Shown here: positions 1 to 8,919 of the stretch, piece after piece
Position numbering within the stretch: position 1 is the stretch's first letter
Layout: every line of letters begins with the position of its first letter
Source: a virus
Length of the DNA: 64,000 bases
Reading direction: 5' to 3' (one strand)
IMG/VR virus record: IMGVR_UViG_3300003873_000007
Location: 1 to 64,000 of that record
Notes under the pieces: model-generated
What the model saw: only the letters and a program-made list of their open reading frames with translations
What the model was told of the DNA's origin: nothing
The model's database searches: none
Made by a program: the position numbers and the translations under genes

Positions 1-160
1 CAACTACTTTTTCAACAGGAGCTTCAACTTTTTCAACAGGAGCTTCAACTTTTTCAACAGGAGCTTCAACTTTTTCAACAGGAGCTTCAACTTTTTCAAC
101 TACTTCAACTGCTTTTTCAACAGGAGCTTCAACTTTTTCAACTGCTTTCTCAACAGGAGC
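1..160 (-). repeat. 21-bp coding tandem repeat encoding (EKVEAPV)n
   Basis: TTTTTCAACAGGAGCTTCAAC repeated with variants. Confidence 0.9.
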
Positions 161-199
161 TCCAACTATTTCTTCATCTTTCATTTTACGTTTTGCCAT
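1..199 (-). CDS. Partial low-complexity protein (MAKRKMKDEEIVGAPVEKAVEKVEAPVEK...), runs off the left edge
   Basis: ATG at 199-197 with AAAAGGAT RBS upstream; frame open to position 1; not in the ORF track because truncated. Confidence 0.75.
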   Translation of the reverse strand, partial: MAKRKMKDEEIVGAPVEKAVEKVEAPVEKAVEVVEKVEAPVEKVEAPVEKVEAPVEKVEAPVEKVV

Positions 200-239
200 T
201 GTATTATCCTTTTGTATTTAATTATTTGTTATTATGAGA

Positions 240-1388
240 TCAATATAAACTTTTAATTTCTTCTCTAAAATCAACGTTGGCTTTATCTAAGCCAACACCT
301 ACATGAGATTTCTTTAATGTTAGATTAACCAATGCTCCAGTTAATCCGGTACTTGCCATCAATCCAATATTATCACCTGATTTTAATTTCATTTTAGATA
401 TGTATAATTCATTATAACATTTATGACATATTCCGTCTTTACTTGTACAATATAAAGGACTTCTAATTTCTAATACTTTTCCAATAACATCGCTGTTATC
501 ATTTAGTTGTATTAAAATTCCAAGTTTTGATTTATAATATCGACCATTAAATGAATGAAGCATTTTCTTGTCTCGGATTTTTATTTTTAAATATTTTGTA
601 GTTTTACAGTCTAACTGGCTCGATAATTTAACTCTTTCCGCTACAGTTGACAATTTGCGTCCTAGATATCCAGGTTTAGCTGTTTCACTAGACTTAGCAT
701 ATAATGCTTGTATTGCTTGACTAGAGCCGTTAAAGAATTGAGTTTGTTCAATTCCTTCCACATGAGAGTTATCAATAACATCATTAATTTCCCCGAAGCT
801 ATTGATACTAAGACCAACACTTAATAAAAGGCTCTGAATATGACTAACATTACCTTTAGCTTCGGAATTCATTAAATCTACAACATGTATATCATTATCT
901 TCAAAATATTTTTTAACTTTCTCTGCAATCACAGTAATATTTTTTTGAAATGTTAAAGCATCATCTGTTGTTTTATCTGATTCTTTGTATATTTTAACTA
1001 ATTCATTTTTTTCTTTAATAAATTCTTTAGGAAGTACAAGAGCCTCTGGTTGAAATGAACTAGGAATAACCGTACTAAGGGTGAATCCGGCTTGCATAAG
1101 AAGATAATAATACCACATAAATTCAACACCTGTATCAGTCATTTCATCTAATTTATTAATTAATTTTGAAATACCTTTTTTGTCTAGTTTACTTTTAATT
1201 TTAATTTTTGGATGAAGAATATTTGTTTCCAAATTATCAATTATTACGTCTTGCAACAATTTATATGATAAATTTTTATCAGTATCAATCTTTAATTTTG
1301 TGTGAAAAGCATTTAATCTATTTTCCACCCATTTAGGAACTTGTTTCCCATCAGGATATACAAATTCTTGGTTAAATTTTAAGTTCAT
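240..1388 (-). CDS. Multisubunit RNA polymerase beta' subunit, C-terminal fragment (RNAP set 1)
   Basis: KKGISKLI; bridge helix ETAKPGYLGRKL; Zn site DCKT...RSPLYC...ICHKCY; trigger-loop region GDNIGLMASTGLTGALVNLTLKKSH. Confidence 0.9.
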   Translation of the reverse strand: MNLKFNQEFVYPDGKQVPKWVENRLNAFHTKLKIDTDKNLSYKLLQDVIIDNLETNILHPKIKIKSKLDKKGISKLINKLDEMTDTGVEFMWYYYLLMQAGFTLSTVIPSSFQPEALVLPKEFIKEKNELVKIYKESDKTTDDALTFQKNITVIAEKVKKYFEDNDIHVVDLMNSEAKGNVSHIQSLLLSVGLSINSFGEINDVIDNSHVEGIEQTQFFNGSSQAIQALYAKSSETAKPGYLGRKLSTVAERVKLSSQLDCKTTKYLKIKIRDKKMLHSFNGRYYKSKLGILIQLNDNSDVIGKVLEIRSPLYCTSKDGICHKCYNELYISKMKLKSGDNIGLMASTGLTGALVNLTLKKSHVGVGLDKANVDFREEIKSLY

Positions 1389-2653
1389 TTAGTTTCCTTT
1401 ATATTGTCAAAAATAGAATTTAAACTTTTTATTGTATAACTTTTATTAGTTTGGGTACTTACACTACCATTTTTATTACTAACAATAACTGGTCCTTGAG
1501 TTGCGGTGGTAAATGAAGTATTAAACGAATCCCCTCCAAGAGGCTTGTATAATAAAGAGTTCACAACAACATGAAATGAATTAGTTGGTATAATTACAGG
1601 AAAAAGAGAATGGTATGATCCTTTATCCCATGCGGGATCTCTTTTTAATAAAACTCTTAATTCTGGATGATACTCAAAAAGTTCTTTTAAAACCTGTACC
1701 CATAATTCTCTTTTTCCTGGATTAGCTTTTGTGTATGTATCAACATTTCTAAAAATATAATCAAAGTGTGTTCCAAATTTAGTACTTGAAAATTTATCAA
1801 CATTCAAAAGTTTTGCAAAATCTTGAGATAATATATTTTTATTTAAACTTCCTGCTATATATGCATCAAATACATTTAATAACACGTGCCATGGTAATCC
1901 AGCACAATTAAATGGCATATCTGGTCGAGCATTTGCTACTAAACGAGTATTGTTATCAATGCGCTTAGCAATTAAACTACCTCTAAACTGACCATCTTTT
2001 TTTTCTAAAAGATTTAAGAAATATTCATATATTACAATTACACTTTTTTGAATTTCTAATTCTTTATTACTATTTCTAAGAACTGCTTGCATTAATTTAT
2101 TTTCAAGCTGTCCAACACCAGTTAAATCTAATAATCTTTTATACATCATGGTAAGCTCATCTTCGATTGTTATGCCATGCTCTTGTTTATACATTCTAAA
2201 TTTAGGAGGAACAACTAAATATTTATCAATAAAAACATCCTCTCTTGGTGTTTTATTAAAATACTCAACAACTGTTTTATTTTTATCGTGTAAATACATA
2301 TTAAAATCAATTTTATTCCATGAATTAAATAACCATCCTAGTCCATTGTTACCATTAGGATCTTCAATTAATTCACCATTTACAATTTTTACCTTTTTTG
2401 TTCCAAGTACAACCTTTTTAAAAATTGTACTTACTTTATTCAAAGTATCTAAAATACTGGGGTGAATTATATTAATAGATAAATTAATATAACCAAATAA
2501 TTTGCCTATCTCACTACTAGTTACACCGAATATTATCTCACTGTATAATCCATCACTTGTTGCAGCTCCCGTTTTATCAAATGATTGTCTATTTGTAACT
2601 TCTAATATTTTATTATCTTTAATAAAATTATTTATATTTAAAACTTTTAACAT
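1385..2653 (-). CDS. RNAP beta' N-terminal fragment fused to a split-intein N-part (RNAP set 1)
   Basis: DGLYSEIIFG, FGYINL..HP, VVPPKFR, KDGQFRGSLIAKRID, LLKRDP; homology stops at LYKPLGGD (first Asp of DxDGD), followed by a 47-aa Ser-initiated tail. Confidence 0.9.
   Translation of the reverse strand: MLKVLNINNFIKDNKILEVTNRQSFDKTGAATSDGLYSEIIFGVTSSEIGKLFGYINLSINIIHPSILDTLNKVSTIFKKVVLGTKKVKIVNGELIEDPNGNNGLGWLFNSWNKIDFNMYLHDKNKTVVEYFNKTPREDVFIDKYLVVPPKFRMYKQEHGITIEDELTMMYKRLLDLTGVGQLENKLMQAVLRNSNKELEIQKSVIVIYEYFLNLLEKKDGQFRGSLIAKRIDNNTRLVANARPDMPFNCAGLPWHVLLNVFDAYIAGSLNKNILSQDFAKLLNVDKFSSTKFGTHFDYIFRNVDTYTKANPGKRELWVQVLKELFEYHPELRVLLKRDPAWDKGSYHSLFPVIIPTNSFHVVVNSLLYKPLGGDSFNTSFTTATQGPVIVSNKNGSVSTQTNKSYTIKSLNSIFDNIKETK
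1388..1528 (-). mobile_element. Putative split intein N-fragment (IntN, 47 aa, Ser1)
   Basis: Starts SFNTSF... exactly where the catalytic motif is interrupted; loosely resembles block A plus the following helix (IKSLNSIFD). Confidence 0.7.
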
Positions 2654-2679
2654 TATGTCCCCTTATATGTATTTGTTCA

Positions 2680-5600
2680 TTATTGTATGATCGTGCTGGG
2701 AGCAATATTTAAATTTAATCCTAAAGGATCAGTATTTGTCATAGGGACTAAACCAACATCTTGAAGAACTTCTGCCGTATGTTCGTCTTCAATATTATGA
2801 GAATTTACTAAACTTAACGTTTTATTTATATTTTCATCATTATAACATTCAAATAATTTACCTAAATTATTCGACATATGTATTAAATTTTTTAATTTTG
2901 CTTTATTTATATATATTAGAACCGCTGTTCCATTATTTTTAATTTGTATACCATTCTTTTCTAAAGCATTCATTTTGATAAATTGTTGAATACTAATGAA
3001 ACTTTTAAATACTAAACTTTTTATATATTTATTAATAAGTGTTAAATTTATAGTACCTGATTGGTCAAATTCAGTTCTTATATGATCTATCATTTCAAGA
3101 TTAGCAGTAATTACCATATTATCATCAATGTTTTCATTCATTTGTAATTTGATTTCATCCCACTCATTATTTAACATCATAATTAATAAATTACCAAAGG
3201 GATGCATCATAAGAATCTGTTTGTTAAATTGATTATCTTTTAGATTAGCATTAGACCATTCCGTCTTCGGAGCAGTCTTTACAAGAATTGCCCAAAATTC
3301 AGAAACCTCTTCTTTTAAAGATACAATAAAATCATCAATTGTCTCAAATCCATATTGTTTTACAGAATCTAATAATGTTACATCACATCTAAAATAAGTA
3401 ATTCTTCGATCATTACTAGGATGAACTATTGGAGAATCTCCATTTGTCATCATCAATAAGTTAAAATGTCTTTTTATTTTAACACTATCAACACCCTTCT
3501 TTTCCATTTGAATATATTTATTTCCAGTTAATAGTTTTAAATTGTCTACCTCATGACTCTTACTAAAATTTCCTTCATCTAATACAATTAAAGATGATTT
3601 TTCCATAAAAGCATTAAAATTTCCACTAATCTTTCCAGATGTTACGACATTAACATATTCATGATTCAAATAATGTTCTAACACGTGTTCAATAAACACT
3701 CCTTTTCCTGTCCCTTGTACTGTGTTGATTACTGGTAGAATACTCATAGTATTAAAATTTGCCATATTAATTAACCAATTGATAAAATATTCAAGCGAAC
3801 CGCGTTGTGTCATTTGACATAAATAAAAATACATAACAGGCAATCGTTCTTCAATTAAAGTCAAAGCTCCTCTGATATCCATAACATCAATCATTTTAGC
3901 CATTTCGTGAATTTCTAAATATTGTTTTCCAGGAATCCATAAATTAATAAATTTTATATTATCTCGTTCATATGTATAAGACATCCCTGGTGTAAATTCT
4001 TCAAAAGCATTTATTAAAACCTTTTCTATAAATAAATCATGAAACATATTTCGAAGTTCAGCATCCGCATGTATCACTCCTAATTGATTTAATAAAATAT
4101 GTTCAGCAAGCATTCTAGTCCCATCAAACACATAAGCTTGACCTTGTTCGAATGCTCTAATTACACATGATCGATTCTTATTTGCTAATCTATAATATAC
4201 AAAATCTGTTGTATTTATTTTATCAATAAGATCTAATACTGTGTTTTGTACTTGATCTTTATTAAATTTTTTCTTAACTTTATCAGTTATTGTTATATTA
4301 TAAGTTTCTGCTATATCATATGTTGCTTGTTCGCGAGTCATATTTTTTAATGCCATTGTTAAAGTAATAACATTATAAACTTTTCCTCCCTCGTGAAAAT
4401 CCTTAGCATAAGCTACTTTTTTATCCGGATTTACCCATATAAAAAAACTACCATTCTCATCTGGATGAAAGGGACAAACATAAGCTTTTCTTGTACTTGT
4501 ACTAGCAGTTTTATTAAATGTTAACATTGTACTCATAAACTCAGCTTGTTGTTCACTTGTTATACTATTTAATATATCATAATCAGATGCGTTTCCAAAT
4601 ACTTCTTTATCTCCTTCACGAAATACTTCATTCGTTTGAGAAGAAATCATTGAGCTGTGAATTATAGCATCTGGATTCATAGCTGGATTAATCACAAGAT
4701 CAGGACAAGCGTATGGGTCATAAATAGAAAGGTTTTGTGCTTTGTGACATTCTGTATCCATTTCTGTTTTAATTTTATAATTTTCTTTAAATTGATTAAT
4801 TTGTCGAAAAACTATATTCTCTATATCCTCTGCAACAGTATTTGTGAAATATGTAGATTTTAAAACATCTAACCATTCAACGTATGCGGCATCAAGTAAT
4901 TCAGAATTATCAAAATCAACAATTTCTTCAGCAAAAGAACCACCATATGCTTCTTTAGGATTTACTGTACCACCTATTCGTTGTGTATGTGCAATATCTG
5001 TACTTGACGCATCAAATTCTAAAGCAATTTTTCTCATAGTATTTAATGAATCTGCTCCATATACATTAAATTTTGGTATAGTTTTAATTGCAATATTTAA
5101 ATATTTAAATATTTTATCTGCTTCCGGTTTAATTATAGGTCGCGAGAAATCAATGATAAATTGAATTCCTCCTCCTGTTGCATAAGCTTTTTTTGGGTGG
5201 AGCTCTAAATCCATTTTTAAATCAACAAAAACTTTATTAATTTTATTTAAAGCTAAAGCTGCAGTAATTCTTCTAGAACTTTCCGTAAAACTATTAAAAT
5301 GAAATCTTCCACTTTTCAAAGTTTTATCTACATGAGAATCAATATCTAACACAAAAGTTCTGATATTTTTAATAGCACTTGCTGTTGGAGCAACTGCTTT
5401 ATCATCTTCTACTATATATTTAAAAGTAGCACTGGACATTGACCAGCCTACTAATTTTTTCCATTCAATTTTACGAACTCCTGCGTATTTAACTTCCATT
5501 AATTTTATTAGTTCTAATGGACTTCTGACTTGTTCAGTTAAAGTTATCTGATGAGTAGCTAATTTACCATCTTTCTCGTACGGTAAAACAGCTGTTAATC

Positions 5601-5745
5601 TACAAGTCTCATCTTCATTTAATTCTGCTCGACCATGACTAGCCATCCAATAATCTGTAATATCATTAACTCTAATTCTTTTCTTCCAGTTGAAAGAATC
5701 CTCATCAACCGGCGCAGTTTTATATATTTTATCTTTTGTATCCAT
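2680..5745 (-). CDS. Primase-helicase (AEP-type primase, Zn-finger-like domain, SF3/NrS-1-like P-loop helicase)
   Basis: FVLDIDSH, YATGGGIQF, RIGGTVNPK; CPFHPDENGSF; Walker A QGTGKG; Walker B LIVLDE; MTN, NDRR. Confidence 0.85.
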   Translation of the reverse strand: MDTKDKIYKTAPVDEDSFNWKKRIRVNDITDYWMASHGRAELNEDETCRLTAVLPYEKDGKLATHQITLTEQVRSPLELIKLMEVKYAGVRKIEWKKLVGWSMSSATFKYIVEDDKAVAPTASAIKNIRTFVLDIDSHVDKTLKSGRFHFNSFTESSRRITAALALNKINKVFVDLKMDLELHPKKAYATGGGIQFIIDFSRPIIKPEADKIFKYLNIAIKTIPKFNVYGADSLNTMRKIALEFDASSTDIAHTQRIGGTVNPKEAYGGSFAEEIVDFDNSELLDAAYVEWLDVLKSTYFTNTVAEDIENIVFRQINQFKENYKIKTEMDTECHKAQNLSIYDPYACPDLVINPAMNPDAIIHSSMISSQTNEVFREGDKEVFGNASDYDILNSITSEQQAEFMSTMLTFNKTASTSTRKAYVCPFHPDENGSFFIWVNPDKKVAYAKDFHEGGKVYNVITLTMALKNMTREQATYDIAETYNITITDKVKKKFNKDQVQNTVLDLIDKINTTDFVYYRLANKNRSCVIRAFEQGQAYVFDGTRMLAEHILLNQLGVIHADAELRNMFHDLFIEKVLINAFEEFTPGMSYTYERDNIKFINLWIPGKQYLEIHEMAKMIDVMDIRGALTLIEERLPVMYFYLCQMTQRGSLEYFINWLINMANFNTMSILPVINTVQGTGKGVFIEHVLEHYLNHEYVNVVTSGKISGNFNAFMEKSSLIVLDEGNFSKSHEVDNLKLLTGNKYIQMEKKGVDSVKIKRHFNLLMMTNGDSPIVHPSNDRRITYFRCDVTLLDSVKQYGFETIDDFIVSLKEEVSEFWAILVKTAPKTEWSNANLKDNQFNKQILMMHPFGNLLIMMLNNEWDEIKLQMNENIDDNMVITANLEMIDHIRTEFDQSGTINLTLINKYIKSLVFKSFISIQQFIKMNALEKNGIQIKNNGTAVLIYINKAKLKNLIHMSNNLGKLFECYNDENINKTLSLVNSHNIEDEHTAEVLQDVGLVPMTNTDPLGLNLNIAPSTIIQ

Positions 5746-5780
5746 TATTGTTTCCTTAATTATTGTTATTTGTCTATATG

Positions 5781-6917
5781 TTACTTTGTAGCGTTGTATA
5801 ACCCAAGGATTGCATCATCAGCAATCCATTGGTTAATATTTCCTTCATTTAAATCTTTATAATATTCTTTATGATCAGGGCTAAATTCTTCTGAATCGAC
5901 TAAGGCTTTTTTCGTAAATATCCCACTTGTAGCTAAAATATCTCCATCTGAATTTTTTAAAAATGGTGTGAAATTCATAGCATAATTTGTTGCATCTAAT
6001 CGTTCACTCGTTAAGTCATAAACTCTATCATCTGAATCTAATTCTTTTAATTCTATAGAATTAAAAGGAACCAATAATATTCTTCCAGAATTTATATTAC
6101 TAAGTATTGAAGATGTTTCATTAAAATCATCTAACTTCTCTGCGATTTGATATCTTTTAAATAATTTAACCTGTTTATCGGCAATAAGATATGCTTCATT
6201 TTTATAAAAGATACTAGGTAGTATAGAAGAAAATACATCAGATAATTGAATATATACTTTTTTTGTATTATTTTTAGAATTTCTAATAGAATAACTTGCG
6301 CCTAAATAATTTAAGATAGTGGTAAAAGTATATAGATTAACATTAGGCAATATGTATAAACCATGAGTGTTACATTCCGTATGATATCCTTTGAGTATGC
6401 CTAAAACAAAATTTGGATTTGAATTAATTAAAATATTTTTATTAAGACTCAACCCGTTTTTTGTATCAACAAACACACTTAAAAAACCAGTCCTGATATC
6501 TAACATTTCGGGATTAGCTAAATATCTTCCGATACGTTCACCAAATTCAAAGGTTAATTGAATGGTTTCTATTTTATCATTAAATTTAAAATCTAATTGA
6601 AAATTTGTATCCATATTTAAACAAGGAATTGGATATAAAATAAAATCAAAATCTTGAATCTCGCTTATATTTTTTTCTTTTATTTTAAGACCTTTATCAA
6701 TTATCATTATTGAATTTCGTTCCCCAATGATAAAATTAGTCTTGTTATTAAAATATCCAGGACAATGCACAGTACCATTACCAAATGTATTTTTAGCTAA
6801 CATTTTATACTTTGTGTCTGCATTATGTTCTTGTATAGATAAAGTCTGTTGATGAACTACATCTGTATCAGTTAAGCCTAACACATCCATCTTATGGTTT
6901 TTACTATCTTTTCTCAT
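5781..6917 (-). CDS. Split-intein C-part (with degenerate LAGLIDADG) fused to a 56-aa RNAP beta' segment carrying SDGD of the catalytic motif
   Basis: Block F VYDLTS, block G FLKN, +1 Ser; extein SDGDILA...DDAILGLYNAT matches beta' FDGDQMAV...QDVVLGLYYMT. Confidence 0.88.
   Translation of the reverse strand: MRKDSKNHKMDVLGLTDTDVVHQQTLSIQEHNADTKYKMLAKNTFGNGTVHCPGYFNNKTNFIIGERNSIMIIDKGLKIKEKNISEIQDFDFILYPIPCLNMDTNFQLDFKFNDKIETIQLTFEFGERIGRYLANPEMLDIRTGFLSVFVDTKNGLSLNKNILINSNPNFVLGILKGYHTECNTHGLYILPNVNLYTFTTILNYLGASYSIRNSKNNTKKVYIQLSDVFSSILPSIFYKNEAYLIADKQVKLFKRYQIAEKLDDFNETSSILSNINSGRILLVPFNSIELKELDSDDRVYDLTSERLDATNYAMNFTPFLKNSDGDILATSGIFTKKALVDSEEFSPDHKEYYKDLNEGNINQWIADDAILGLYNATK
5952..6917 (-). 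mobile_element. Putative split intein C-fragment (IntC, 322 aa)
   Basis: Block-B-like IIGERNSIMIIDKG...ISEIQDFDFILYP; LAGLIDADG-like FGERIGRYLAN and FVLGILKGY; block H ILNYLGASYSIR; terminal Asn codon 5954-5952. Confidence 0.8.
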
Positions 6918-7293
6918 TATATACCTTTGTATTTTATTTCTAATTTGTTAATATTACGTATTATTTCTATAATAAAAATTTCTATCGTACTCGATATACT
7001 TCTTATCTTTTTGGATAATAAAATGATCTTTTTGGATAGAAAATAAAATGATCTTTTTGGATAGAAATACATACCATAGAAATATTTGTATTTGATTTCT
7101 ATGGTAACTTTTATCTTTATCGCTAAAGATCATTTTATATTTTATTAAAATATTTAATTGAAATAAATATTTTAAGTATTTTAAGTATTTTAAGTATTTT
7201 AAGTACTTAAATATTATCCAGATAGATAATATTTAAGTACTATAGAAATCATTAATATATAAAATATACCTGAAAAGAGAGAAGAGAGAATAG
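6918..7293. promoter_or_regulatory. Divergent intergenic control region, possible origin
   Basis: Strand switch; ATCTTTTTGGATA x3 (7005, 7026, 7051); near-perfect palindrome 7113-7130; (TTTTAAGTA)n; 17-bp inverted repeat 7202-7241; CATAGAAAT cores on both strands. Confidence 0.6.
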
Positions 7294-7944
7294 ATGTTTA
7301 AGATAGATAAGCCAACTAAAATAGAATTAGAAGAAGAATTTTATTATATGCAAAACACAATCGACGATATAAAAAATGTAAATATAAAAGATTTTAATTA
7401 TATTATATTTGAAGAAGATTTAGACAATATGTATAAGACAGAGTTTTTAAAATTTTTTAATAAAAATATAAAAGCATTAATTGAAGATTTAAATATTTAT
7501 TTAAGTATTGATTTAGATGAATTATTTGAAGCCCCATATAGAATAAAATTAAGCTTTGTTAAAAATATAGTGCGATTCTTTATGAATACGTTACCATATA
7601 TTTACATGAAAGAGTTTTTGAGTTCAAATGAAGTTGAAGGATTACATGATGCTCTAGATTTATTTGATGATAATCTTCAGACAAATATAATTAATCAAAT
7701 AAAAAAGAGCCAAGAACAATACAGTTCATTTAATACTATGATGTCTGATATTGAAGATACTATTACAAATGAAAAAAAGAAAAATAAATTTAATAATATG
7801 TTAACGCTTCTTGATGCAAGTATGACAAATAAGTCTAAATTACTAGATTATTATAAAAGTATTATTCAAAATTCAGGACATGATGGTATTAAATCATTAT
7901 TTAAGTTATATTTAAAAAATGATTTAGACAATATTATTGTATAG
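7294..7944 (+). CDS. Hypothetical protein
   Basis: 216-aa ORF, followed by a hairpin. Confidence 0.7.
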   Translation: MFKIDKPTKIELEEEFYYMQNTIDDIKNVNIKDFNYIIFEEDLDNMYKTEFLKFFNKNIKALIEDLNIYLSIDLDELFEAPYRIKLSFVKNIVRFFMNTLPYIYMKEFLSSNEVEGLHDALDLFDDNLQTNIINQIKKSQEQYSSFNTMMSDIEDTITNEKKKNKFNNMLTLLDASMTNKSKLLDYYKSIIQNSGHDGIKSLFKLYLKNDLDNIIV

Positions 7945-7970
7945 GTACGAGATTAATCTCGTACCTTTCT
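7943..7970 (+). terminator. Putative intrinsic terminator
   Basis: Perfect palindrome AGGTACGAGATTAATCTCGTACCT at the stop codon, followed by Ts. Confidence 0.6.
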
Positions 7971-7990
7971 TGTGCTTAGATTCATAGAAT

Positions 7991-8026
7991 GGGAGAATTA
8001 CAATTAGTTACCATAGAAATATATAT
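7991..8026 (+). promoter_or_regulatory. Putative phage promoter, copy 1
   Basis: GAGAAwTACAAnnAGTTAmCATAGAAATATAT, also at 8431 and 36475; lies between a terminator and a strong RBS. Confidence 0.65.
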
Positions 8027-8053
8027 ATTGATAAAACAAAAAGGAGACAAAAA

Positions 8054-8407
8054 ATGTCTATAAAAAGAGGAGAGTTCTATAAAGAACTCGCTAAGTTTTT
8101 AACATCTAATAACACAACAGTTACTTTGGATAAAAGTCACATCCACGTGATATTAGAAAATAAATCGGAAGCCATCAAGGCTTCTATTAGAAAAGATGAA
8201 GTAATCGAAAAATTACTTCTAACTCAGCAAGGGGATCAAGAACTCGTTCGCGAGTTGGATCAAAAAGTAAAAGAGCTTGAGTACAAGCTCCAATACGTGA
8301 CTATGTCACGAGACAACGCAGTAGCAGAAGCACTGCGTCCAAAGAAGAATAAGAGCTATAAAATTCCCACAATTGATGGGTATGATAACAAAGGGAATGC
8401 CTGTTAG
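8054..8407 (+). CDS. Hypothetical coiled-coil protein
   Basis: 117 aa, AAGGAG RBS. Confidence 0.75.
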   Translation: MSIKRGEFYKELAKFLTSNNTTVTLDKSHIHVILENKSEAIKASIRKDEVIEKLLLTQQGDQELVRELDQKVKELEYKLQYVTMSRDNAVAEALRPKKNKSYKIPTIDGYDNKGNAC

Positions 8408-8417
8408 GCATTCTTTT
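8395..8417 (+). terminator. Putative intrinsic terminator
   Basis: GAATGCCT-GTT-AGGCATTC followed by TTTT. Confidence 0.65.
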
Positions 8418-8430
8418 AATTGATTGTTTA

Positions 8431-8466
8431 TTGAGAAATACAATCAGTTACCATAGAAATATATCT
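8431..8466 (+). promoter_or_regulatory. Putative phage promoter, copy 2
   Basis: TTGAGAAATACAATCAGTTACCATAGAAATATATC. Confidence 0.65.
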
Positions 8467-8706
8467 ATTAGGAATGAGTGCAAAGCCAAAAAAGACGCAC
8501 ATATAACAGTAATAAAATATTGTTAAAAATTTTAAAATACCCTCTATTAAAAAGGTATTTTATTTTTTTTCTTTAGGGATAATTCTACATTATTTCTATA
8601 TTAAAAGGAAGAATCAAATATGATTATTTTTAATAACAATGAAGATGGATCAGGCGATTATATCACAAGTGATATAATAGATATATAATATAAAAAGGAG
8701 ACATAA

Positions 8707-8919
8707 ATGTCTAAAAAAGTAAAAGAGTTAGGATTAGAAGAGTTGATACATAATCAAATGAATGAGAATTTAATAGAAATTTATACACCAGAAACTGATT
8801 TAATGTGTAATGAATTAAAGCCTCTTAGAAGAAAAATAAGTGAATTTATAAGTAGAAATGTTTATTCAATAGAGTTTATATATGAAATATCATATAGTTT
8901 AAATATAAAGGAAATATAA
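8707..8919 (+). CDS. Hypothetical protein
   Basis: 70 aa, AAGGAG RBS. Confidence 0.7.
   Translation: MSKKVKELGLEELIHNQMNENLIEIYTPETDLMCNELKPLRRKISEFISRNVYSIEFIYEISYSLNIKEI

Noticed and set aside
1385-2653. Catalytically dead beta' (GGDSFN instead of DxDGD)
   Set aside because: The missing SDGD and following helix are present after the intein-like Asn in ORF 5781..6917.
1385-6917. Group I/II intron or frameshift joining the beta' pieces
   Set aside because: The downstream protein segment is encoded upstream in transcription order, and the junction residues fit intein chemistry.
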